From Octopus sinensis (Eukaryota), in the NCBI RefSeq assembly GCF_006345805.1, contig NC_043000.1:96658001-96722000 (forward strand): a stretch of DNA of 64,000 nt, given 5' to 3'. A program made the translations under genes and the position numbers. Positions 52,546-64,000 of this stretch are shown piece after piece (the first letter of the stretch is position 1; each line of letters opens with the position of its first letter). Under the pieces are notes generated by a model, which ran no database searches, was not told the DNA's origin, and saw only the letters and a list, made by a program, of their open reading frames with translations.

Positions 52546-54380
52546 AACGATGAGAACAAGTTCTCAACACTACATGGGTGGATAAAATTTCTTTATTTGT
52601 ATATTAAGGCTACCATTGGTTTCATGTTAAAAAAATATCTTTATATCACAATATATATGCACATACACACACACAAAAACAGTCTTCTTTTAGTTTCCAT
52701 CAACTAAATTCACTCACAAAGCTTTGCTCAACCCAGATCTATAGAAGACACTTGACCAGGATGCCACAGTGGAACCATGTAGTTGGGAAGCAAATTTTTT
52801 TACCACACATCCATACATTGTAGTGCACCTGAGCACTGTACACAATTATTATTATTATTATTATTATCTATAGTTATACACACACATTTATTAACATTCA
52901 TAGACATGTAAGCACTTACACACCTATAGAGACAAATACATTTGTGTATATATATGTATGTATGTATGTATGTAATGTATGTATGAAGGTATGCATTACA
53001 CATAATAACTACATACAACCTAGCAAACAAATACAGCTAACTGGTAACAGAATTTATTAACATTTCAAATACTCTTCAAATTCAGGAATTCCATATTGTA
53101 GACTTATAAGACTAAGTTTCTCAATCTGAAATAAGCATCTATGCATATGAATTTGTAATGCATGTAATATATGTGTTATATGAATGTATGTATTTGTGTG
53201 TTTCTCACTATATATGTATCAATGTGTGTGTGTATGACTATTCTGTATATGCGTGATATGTACGCCTTCTATGTATATCCTTGTATGTGTCACATATTAA
53301 TGTAGTGCATATGCATGTCAACACTATATATGCGTGAGTGTGAGTGCGTTTGTGTGTGTTTGCATGTGTGTGTGTTTTACATATGTGTTTGAATATGTCT
53401 AATGAACTTGTGTGCATGTATGTGCGTTTGCGTATGTTTGTTTATGTAAGCATGCTGTTTCTCAAACATGTGCTTGTAAATACTTCATATTGCACAGATG
53501 ATAAAGTTGATATCTTTTAGAAAAACTTTAATATTTGTTATTTGTATGACCCGCGAGGGAAAAGATAAGTGGAAGGTGAAGGCTTACATTAATGCTCTCT
53601 TGCCTTAAAAGTGAAACATAGTATCAATACTATTTGCAACCATATTCCTTACCCTGCTCTCTGCCACTAGTTTATAGAGAAATGGAAGTATACCATTGTT
53701 ATTATTAAGCGGCAAGCTGGCAGAGGCGTTAGCATGCCAGGCTTTGCTTGTCTTTACGCTCTGAGTTCAAATTCTGCCCAAGATCAACTTTGCTTTTCAT
53801 CCTTTCAGAGTCGATAAAATTAGTACCAGAGTTGATGTAATCAACTATCCCCCTTTCTCAAATTCTACCAGACTTTAATAAATAAGCACTGGGGTTACAT
53901 CTGTTCAATTCTACCCTTCAAGGTAGTGCTCCAGCATAGCAGCAGTTTAATAACTAAAACAAATTAAAAGAAAATAATTATCTTTAAATATCTCCAAGCT
54001 AAAAGCTTGACTGATTTGCTAATTATTATGATTTGTAAGCCCTAACAATTTTCCTTTAACAAATTAAATAAGTACTAAAGTATTATATGATTCAAATATT
54101 TTTTTAATTAATATATCCCTACTGTTTCCATTTTTCCCTGGTTCTTATTCTTCTTCCTCATCTTTTTCTCTTAACCCTTCTATCACCTTTTCCCTTTCAT
54201 TGTATTGTCCCTTCTCTGTTGAGGCCTGCCACTTTAAAACTTCCAAGTCCCTGTCACCAAAATTTTCCACATGAAAATAAATGCCAATACCATATTCTAT
54301 CAGTATGTACAAAGTGCTTCTCCAGTTACATAACATACGTATCTCTCTCTCTCTCTCTTTGTATATGTATACAAACACAC

Positions 54381-54434
<54 letters not shown>

Positions 54435-55856
54435 GCATACATGTGTGTGTGTGTATATATATACACATACACACACACACACACATTATATATTATATTT
54501 CTCAGAAAATTCAATAAGTAATTATACAGAAGAGCAACAATATCTATCAATAGCAACCAAAATGGGTTTCCTTGTATATGAAAACCTATTTTTGATATAA
54601 TTACTTTTCAGTATATAATGCATGTTACTTCAATTTATTTCGGCTTAAATCATTCCTCAACACACACACACACACACACACACACGTTACCTAAACAGTA
54701 TAATATACACAATATTCTTGTTTTACTTCATAGTCTTTTCTTTAATGCTCATCTATTTATAATTTTATTATGAATATTTTAGCTTCCATGACCAACTATC
54801 AACTATCTCTTTCAGATATCTATATCAAAGATATTCTGATGACAATCTGGTGAGCTTGTCAGAAAAAGCTTTGAGACAATTTCTAAAGTTCTTTTAAGTA
54901 ATCTCATTATTGGCCTACCTGCCCACACACTCTTTGAAAATTTGATGAAAATCATGTTTCCATGTGGTAAATAAGATATGCAGAGTTACCAAAAAAAAAA
55001 AAAAATAAATAAAATAACTGAACTAGAGAAAAATACAGAAATGTGAGAGTATGGCTGCATGGTTAAGAAGCTTGCTTCCCAACCATGAGGTCTTGGGTTC
55101 AGTCCCACTGCACAGCACTTCAACCTTGTGTCTTTTATTATTGCTTCGAGCCAACCTAAGTCTTGAGAGTAGATAAGATCTGGTGCACAGAAACTGTAGA
55201 AACTGAAAGAAGCCTATTGTGTATGCGTATGTGCATGTGACTGTGTGGGTGAAACAAATTGAGGAAGACCTGATCTTGCAGTGCCTTGACCTCAAACATG
55301 TTATGGTTAGTTCCATGGACTGGAAAATGTGGAATTATATCATCACCAGAGTTCACCATCCAGCTGCACTCACAGCAACATACAGGTTGAGAGGACAGGC
55401 TCCCCACACCAGTTGCCAGCTAGGAGGAGGAGAAGAAGAAGAAGAAGAGGAGAAGGAGGAAAAGTTAAAAAAAGGCCATGTCCAGGTTCTTAGAATAAAG
55501 AATTCGAAGATATATCTGAAAATGAATAAGCATTTAATTCATAGATATTATCAGTTGATGTTTTTATCTGCTGATACTCATTGTTTTATGCTATTGTGTT
55601 CTAACATGTTAGGGTTGAATGAAAACCCAGGGAGAATCTCATAGTAGTGACCCTGCAATGCCTCAACTTCCAAACGAATGCATAAACATTCTACAATGAC
55701 ATGGAATTAAATGGTGCTCTCTTCCACCTTACACACATGCACACAGACACACACCTACACACACAAAATAAATACACAGACAAGTAGAAAAAATTACAAA
55801 TACACCAATCACCAGCTGTGCATGAATCTTTAAACTCACATCCCCACTACACACAC

Positions 55857-55889
<33 letters not shown>

Positions 55890-56223
55890 GTTTTATTGTT
55901 AATATTTCAGAAGAAATCTATGGAAATTTGCTTGGAAATTAATTTTGGAATAAACTGTACATTGAAAATGCTTTTCAATTGCAAGTAAACATGCTTTTCA
56001 ATTAGAAGATCAATAGAATAAATACCAAACAAAGAACTGGAGTCAATATAATCAACTAAATCCCTTGAAGACAGTACCCCAGAATGGACAAATTTAATTG
56101 CTTCATATTATTAAAATAAAATATATAAATATCAATAAATAGTTGGAACTCATTATGTAAATCAGTGATAGAAATAGGAAATTTTACTCTGATATATATT
56201 TCTGATATGTGTGTGTGTGTGAG

Positions 56224-56259
<36 letters not shown>

Positions 56260-56691
56260 GCGCAATTGTGATGTGTGGTAAGAAGCTTGCTACCCAACCA
56301 CATTGTTCCGAGTTCAGTCACACTGTGTGGCACCTTGGGTAGGTGTTTTCTGCTATAGTTTCAGGCTGACCAAAGCCTTGTGAGTGGATTTGGTAGATGG
56401 AAACTGTAAGAAGCCCATCGTACATATACATATATATATATGTGTGTGTGTGTGTGTGAGTGTTTTTTGTGTCTATGTTTATCCCCCCATCTTTGCTTGA
56501 CAACCGGTGTTGGTTGTAAACCGGTGTTTACATCCCCATAACTTAGCATTTCGATATATGTCTAAGATGTGCTGACACGAAACGATTGTAGTGGTTATTC
56601 ATTTGTTAAATTTTAATTATATAAATTTTTTATGTATTGGCTTAAGTCTTTCTTTGTTTGATTTACATAATAGTGGTTTTGTCTCTAATTT

Positions 56692-56746
<55 letters not shown>

Positions 56747-56792
56747 CACATATATATATATATATACAGGGTGATTCAAAAGTTGCCATACC

Positions 56793-56850
<58 letters not shown>

Positions 56851-56960
56851 GGTGATTCAAAAGTTGCCATACACAAGAACAATTTTTTTAATAAGAAACA
56901 GTTTTTTTTATTTAACTGTTTCTTAAGCAAAAGAATTGGTTGAATAAGCACCAGATTTAA

Positions 56961-57167
56961 CCCTTTAACATTTAAACTATATCTGGCCAAAATATTCTAC
57001 TTGATTTAAGTTCAAACCAGCCAGATCTGAACTCTCAAACCAATGCTATTCTAAAAATTAATAGTTATATCATAAAATTCTCAAAAGTTATGAGATAACG
57101 CATGGTTAATTCAAAACTGTGAATAACTAAGCAATACATTTGACAACAAAATCCGAATATTAAAGGG
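56961..57167 (-). mobile_element. piggyBac-type MITE with intact TTAA TSDs
   Basis: TTAA|CCCTTTAACATT ... AATATTAAAGGG|TTAA (11/12 TIR match). Confidence 0.85.
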
Positions 57168-57344
57168 TTAAAAATAAGTACGGGAATCAATTTATTTGAC
57201 TAAACCTTTTAAGACAGTGCCCCAGTATAGTAGTAGTCTAATGATTCAAACAAGTAAAAGATAGTAGATATATACTACTGCTAACATGTTACCTTAAAGG
57301 TAGCATTTTGGTACTACCTGAGTCATTTTTATATAAAGATTAAT

Positions 57345-58040
57345 GAGTGAGGTCGTTGTCAGTGCCGCTGGACTGACTCTTGTGCAGGCGGCATGTAAAA
57401 ACCACCATTTAAGCGTGGCCGTTGCCAGTACCACCAGACAGGCCTCCGTGCCAGTGGCTCGTAAAAGCACCCACTACACTCTCGGAGTGGTTGGCATTAG
57501 GAAGGGCATCCAGCTGTAGAAACTCTGCCAGATCAGATTGGAGCCTGGTGCAGCCATCTGGTTCGCTAGTCTTCAGTTAAATCGTCCAACCCATGCTATC
57601 ATGGAAAGCGGACGTTAAATAAGGATGTATATTTTTTCAAAGAAGTACTATAAAAAATGCAGAGGTATATCAAACTAAGGGGTTAAATGAAATAGGAAAG
57701 CTTCAGCACCAACATAGAGGATCCTTTATTGGCTGAGTACATTTATAGCTTTTGTTGTTTAATCCCAAACAAACTCTCATGGAGCAGACTTATTATAAAA
57801 GCTTTTCAGCAGTGACCACGTGGCCGTTGCCAATGTCATGTAAATGGCACTCGTACAGGTGGCATGTAAAAAGCACACATTACACTCTTGTAGTGGTTGG
57901 TGTTAGGACGGGCCTCCAGTCATAGAAACCAACTCAAATCAAACTGGAACCTGGTACAGCTCTCCAGCTTGCCAGTGCCAGTCAAACCGTCTAATCCATA
58001 CCAGCACGGAAGGCGGACGTTAAATGATGATGATAATGAT
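57345..58040 (+). mobile_element. Two RTE 3'-UTR fragments (~57345-57625 and ~57815-58040)
   Basis: Both end in gcggacgttaaat and match the RTE tail. Confidence 0.8.
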
Positions 58041-58223
58041 TATTATTTTTTTTTTGATGGCAGTAGAATATGATTTGATAGCATTTTGACTGCTATTTTC
58101 AACAGGTTGATTCAAAGCAGCATCCCTACCATGGGAAAAGCCCAGTCATTGACACTAAGAATATAAAATAATATAAACGCATCTTTAACAACCCATTCGT
58201 ATCTTTGCATACATTGATCTACA

Positions 58224-58263
<40 letters not shown>

Positions 58264-59901
58264 CATACATATATCCTAAATCATTTAAGTTCTATGCTGG
58301 CATATGTTGGACAGATTAACAGGACCCAGTGGACCTAATGGCTACATTGTGTTCCCTGTCTGCTTTGGCATGGTCTCTATAGCTTGGTGCCCTTCCTAAC
58401 ACCAGCTACTATACAGTGTATATTGGGTGCCTTTTTTATGCAATCAGTAAAAAGTTATATCATATTAGATGACATATATATATATATCATATTATATCTA
58501 ATACGCATCTGTGTATGTATGTGTGCGCATGTGTGAAACAAGAATGTGTTGTAAATACATATGGTAGGTATTTAGGAATTAATAAAGGCAAATTGTTGAC
58601 ATAAAGCCAAATCATATGAGACAATATTTAAAAGCAGAGTTTGTATATTTAACGTAAGAACAAGCTTCTTGAATTGTTAATCTGAGTTTCATGTTACCAA
58701 CGACTAATCGCAGCGCTATAATATAATATATGTATATAAGTGGATAGATGTAATATATGTCTATAAGAGGGTAGGTGTAAAGGTTTGTGTGTACGTCGTG
58801 TACTTGTTTGTCTTGGTGTCGAGTTGCGTCCGTTTATATCAAAAATAAAACTTAGACATTCGTTAAATAGAAAACGATAAAAATATGTACCTACGTCAAA
58901 CATGTACCAGGGCCGGTATAGTTGACTAAAATAACTCAAGCGTTAATAACAACCAGAGAATGAAAAGTAAAAGTAATAATGTATAGCAATATGCTCTGTA
59001 CAAGAAGAAATTGTATAGAAGCAAGAGCAACAACAATGCATATACAAACACATATATACAATAATAAGGTTTTATTTCTGTTTAAGAATCATTTTTTCAC
59101 TGATTTCTATAAGCCATATTGACGTATGCATGTGTGTGTGTGTGTGTGTGTGTGTGGGTGTGTAGATCAATGTATGCAAAGATACGAATGGGTTGTTAAA
59201 GATGCGTTTATATTATTTTATATTCTTAGTGTCAATGACTGGGCTTTTCCCATGGTAGGGATGCTGCTTTGAATCAACCTGTTGAAAATAGCAGTCAAAA
59301 TGCTATCAAATCATTTTTCACTGATTTCTATAAGCCATATTGACGGTTAGTTAGGGCTTAGCTCATAGACTGGTTGAAAATGTCACCTGCTTTATATTAA
59401 ATCTGGAAATATATATTCTTTTCAGTCTTGAATATATAAGAGACTACACACACATGCATACAAGCGCGCGCACACACACACACACACAAAACATAAAAGT
59501 GCGTGCACACACACACACACTCAGAACTGCAAACGTCGAGTTATAAATGTTCGTGTGCACACATACACACAAAAGCTTTCGCTCTCGAACACACATACAC
59601 TCGCGCACAATATACACATACACTATTTCTCATCATACATCGCAAGACACACACGCACACAAACATACATACATACATACATACATACATGCATGCATGC
59701 GTAGATACATACACGCATGCGCTCATAATCTCACATTATACATCACAAAAGATACGTACTTTCGCACAATCTCTCGTCATATATTATAATAGATATACAT
59801 ACACACACATACACACACTCACACAATCTCATCATATATCTCATATTCACAAATTCCTGTTAAGTGTTCCAAGTTTTCATCTCCAGACCACTTTAAAATA
59901 C

Positions 59902-59946
<45 letters not shown>

Positions 59947-60709
59947 AAAGTGACACCACACAGCAACATACCTTATTATTTACAACTCAAAATTTCACAC
60001 ACACATGCTTCACACGCTTAATATTATACATATTACTAACACGTGTGGACTGATGAACATACACACACGTATACACACAGAGCTATAAATGTATTAATGT
60101 ATTTAGCTGATAGCAAAATTCGTAATTATGTACACACATTACACTTATACATAAATAAATACACGCATCATACACATACATATATACATACATACACTAA
60201 CACGCTCAAGTACTGACATCCAAATCCTAATTATCTTGGCACTTAGAGAGTTGCAGGGGATAAACACACACACATACACACACACACACACACTTTACAC
60301 AACTATTAAATATCAACCGAATACATGCCTACATATGTATTGGATTTGATTATTATCAAAGACCACGCACATGCACACACACAGGGAGGCAGGCTGTTAC
60401 ACACGAAGAAGTACACATGAATATCTTAAATTCAAAATCATTCGATATAGGAATATACATTTATATATATATATATATACATACATACATATGACCGTAT
60501 TGGAGGTAGATATCACAGGCCTCGACCACACACGCGCGCACACTAATAATATTTAATAGAAACATTCAATATCTAAATAAATATACAAATAAACGTACAC
60601 CACACATGGTCTGTCGAAGCACACACACACAGATACATACATACATACATACATACATACATACATACATACATACATACATACATACTCACACGCACAC
60701 ACACACAGT

Positions 60710-61110
60710 TATGGCGTGGTTGGTGGTAAGAAGTTTGCTTTCCAGCCACATGGTTCCGGGTTCGATATCACAGCCGTGGCACCTTGGGAAAGTGTCTTCA
60801 ACTTATAGCCTTGGATCGACCAAGGCGTCGTGAGTGGATTTGGTAGACGGAAACTGAAAGAAGCGAGTCTTTTATATATACATGTGTGTGTGTGTGTGTG
60901 TTTAACTCCCACCGCTGCTTGATAACCGGTCTTGGTGTGTTTACGTTCCCGTAATCTAACGGTTCGGCAAAAGAGAGTGATAGAATAAGTATCTTGTTTC
61001 AAAAAAAAAATCAGAGAAAGAAGTACTGGAGCCGATTCGCTTGGCAAAAAATTTTTGAAGGTGGTACACCAGCATGACCGCAGTCCAATAATTAAAACAA
61101 GTGAAAGATA
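60710..61110 (+). mobile_element. SINE family A-related copy retaining many CpGs
   Basis: ttatggcgtggttggtggtaag...ggttcgatatc...aaacaagtgaaag. Confidence 0.8.
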
Positions 61111-61169
61111 AAAATGTCTAAACAAATATACAAATAAACGTCCACCACACAGTTTGTCGAAGTCTTGAG

Positions 61170-61490
61170 GGGCTCAATCGAATAAATCAAACCCAGTACT
61201 AATTTCCAGGTCTGGTACTTATTGTATCGTTCTGTTTTGCCGAACCGCTAGATAACAGGATCGTAAACAAACCAACACCGGTTGTTAAGCGGAAGTGAGG
61301 ACACACACACACACGCACACATACTTTTATATACGAAGGGCTTCCACATTGGTTTCCGTCAACCAAATTTTCTCATACAGCACTAGTCGACCCGGAGCTA
61401 TAGACGACACTCGTCCAAAGTTCCACGCAATGGGTTTGAACCTGAAAACACGTGGTTACAAAGCGAGCTTCTTAACCACACTGCCACAAT
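61170..61490 (-). mobile_element. SINE family A-related copy
   Basis: Reverse complement tail and head motifs (tttgccgaaccgcta, ttcttaaccacac). Confidence 0.7.
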
Positions 61491-61564
61491 GAAATAGCTT
61501 TTCATTTAATCTCTGAGGATCCCTAAACTACAAGTTCTAAATTTTATTTTATTATTTATGCATC

Positions 61565-61850
61565 CTTTTCAAGGCTAGCCAGGCTCATGGGCCCGGTTTC
61601 CCGTTTTTTGTGGCGTAAGTGTTCCCCCCCAGCTGGACGGGACGCCAGTCCATCGCAGCGTTACTCAAGAAACGGGAAGAGAGACTGAGAGAAAGTTGGG
61701 GCGAAAGAGTACAACAAGGATCTCCACTACCCCCTGCCGGAGCATCGCAGAGCTTTTAGGTGTTTTTGCTCAATAAACACACACAATCGAAACCATGATC
61801 CTCCGACCGCGATTTCGTTGCCCTAACCACTGGGCCATTGCCCCTCCGCG
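61565..61850 (-). mobile_element. tRNA-derived SINE, distinct family
   Basis: Minus-strand head ggaggggcaatggcccagtggttagggc...ggtttcgatt. The body ggactggcgtcccgtccagc is also seen at ~50050-50080. Confidence 0.7.
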
Positions 61851-62695
61851 CAAGCTCTAAAGCCCATGCTTTAATCCCTACATGCGTACGAACTGAATTT
61901 AGATTTGGCTGTTCTTTTTAGCAGGTTAAGTGACCAAACAGATTCCCACACTGGCTCAAAAAGAAAAAGCAATTGGTGGATTGTCGATAATATGCAATGT
62001 GAAAGAATGGTAATTACCATTAGGTATTAATGGGAAAATATATTCAAATTTCGAAGAAGTTCTTGAGTACGAGACCCAATGAATGGTTCAAATCCCACTA
62101 GGATGTTAATTTTTTTCTCTTCCATATGAGGATTTTTTTGCAAACTGAAGTACGTCCTTCTTTGAATAAAAAAAATGAGTTAGTATGTGTGAGCAAATAT
62201 GTGTACATATGTGAGAGTAATTTGAAGATTGTGTGAGGGCCTGTGCGCGCACAAGTGTGTGTGTGTGTGTGTTCATTTATTACCATTTAGTTTCTAAAGT
62301 TAATTACAGACAAGAACAGAAAAACCATAGAGTAGGATAAATAAACTAACACTTTGCAAGCTAAGTTTTGGGTATTAAAGTATCCACCAAATATCCACAC
62401 AATATCTCGAGATCTTGAGATCAAAATAAGAGGAAAAAAACTAAAACACATTTACGACTTCAATACCGTCAACTTGAGGGCAATAACGGGCTGGTCGGAG
62501 AATAAGAGAGGTGGAGACGACAGAAAGTGAGACAGACTTACTGTTTACAAAGTTGTGTTTAATAACCAACCCTGTATTAAGACAGGTCTTATCTGATTTA
62601 CAAAATAGCTGTATTATGGTAATAAAACATTAGAGTCTAAATACTTTCAGTGTTTTGATCTACACGTACACACATACAAGATCTTATACACACAC

Positions 62696-62795
<100 letters not shown>

Positions 62796-63500
62796 TGGGG
62801 TGTGTACGTACACACATAAATACAGTCATTCACTGATAATAGATTTGAGTTTAAACGTTTGCGAGGTGGTATATTAAATAAGATCTAAATGTTTTGAGTT
62901 CAAGATATTTCTCGATCATTTTTTTTTTATAGTTGACCTCGGGGTCACCTGACAAAAAAGTTTATCTCTGATACAGAAGAAAGAAAGGGTAAAAAAAAAA
63001 GGAAAAAGAATAATGGCCTCTTCATTGGTCAATTTTCTATTCGGTGTTTTTATAGTAATTTACAAGCTATCTGAGGACAAAATCTTTCAATACACACAAG
63101 CGCTCAGACGCACACACATTAATCTCAGAACAGATCGAGTAAAAATCAAATATATACAAGTGCGACTGTGTGTGGTTATCAGCAGGAATAACAGGAACGG
63201 AACGTTTAATCTACTAATAAATAAAAAATAACCTGAGAGAAGAAACTCAACTTCAGTTTTATTGCTTAGTACTTGAGGTTGGTTTCTACAAATTTATTTG
63301 ATAATTAAAATATTACTTTCTGAAGTGTAAACGACGTAATGTAATTAACAAACCCATAATTACTTTGTACTGAAGAGATTCAAATAGTTAAAATAGTTGC
63401 TTCTTTATACTAATAATAAAGACTAGAATTGAAACGAAAATGAGAACTAACACATGTAGGAAGATTAAATGACAGGATATGCTTCATTCCATTAACTTAA

Positions 63501-63706
63501 CTCTAGAATTTAAACCGGACAATTTTTGCCGAAATCTGTTTTACGTTCAAACTAACCAAATCCGGCCTCTCACACCGATCCTACAATGTCATCCCAAAAA
63601 TAAAGTCACATCATCGAAATCTCAAAGTTTCAGGATAATGCATTAATTAAACACAATGTGAATAAATAAGCATTAATTTTGACAGAATAATCCGAATGCT
63701 AAAGGG
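63501..63706 (-). mobile_element. piggyBac-type MITE
   Basis: ttaa|ctctagaattt ... aatgctaaaggg|ttaa. Confidence 0.7.
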
Positions 63707-64000
63707 TTAATAATTTACTGGAAAAAAAGGTAAAAAATAACTGAAATTGATTTCTAACAATATCCTTTCTCATGCAAGAAAGGAACAACCAATGAAAAAA
63801 GAGCTTGTAAGACCTTATTCATTATTCCATTCTGCCTTTATCTATCCATTGCCGAATAAATTCTCGGCATATCATTACTGGCTAAGTCCTACCTATTCAT
63901 GCTAATTGTGAACTGGACGAGCTGCTCTCGTGATTACGTGTTTAGATTTGGCCACCGGCAACCAGGTGGAATTTGGAATTCAGAATGCAAAGAGCTACAA

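Noticed and set aside
56555-56595. ctaaga-tgtgctgacac-gaaacgattgta as a decayed hammerhead
   Set aside because: The conserved CUGANGA box is broken and there is no convincing stem I.
62530-62640. Minus-strand GTAAGT donor as a candidate end of TMTC2 coding exon 1
   Set aside because: The required frame has a stop within a few codons and no YDD-like motif. It could only be a non-coding exon, and nothing supports that.

Overview
Eukaryotic, AT-rich, microsatellite-dense genomic DNA. The repeat content resembles an octopus/coleoid cephalopod genome (inference). The window lies inside one minus-strand gene, a TMTC2-like ER protein O-mannosyltransferase. Five GT-AG coding exons can be spliced in frame (44558-43937, 25872-24984, 23979-23865, 11308-11223, 8796-8735; 1774 nt in total). 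The first coding exon and the remaining TPR exons were not found and probably lie outside the window. The introns hold tRNA-derived SINEs, RTE, R4/Dong, Tx1 and Penelope retroelement remnants, Tc1/mariner, hAT and piggyBac-type MITEs, and a Helentron-like element. Almost all ORFs in the supplied track are microsatellite or SINE artefacts. I see no novel protein-coding system. The most unusual signals are structural: a ~1.16 kb near-perfect spacerless palindrome, a locally templated inverted insertion flanked by a 37-38 bp duplication, several other ~50 bp duplications, a splice acceptor built on a (TTA)n microsatellite, and an abrupt rise in CpG after ~58.6 kb. Repeat boundaries are read by eye and are approximate unless TIRs or TSDs are quoted.
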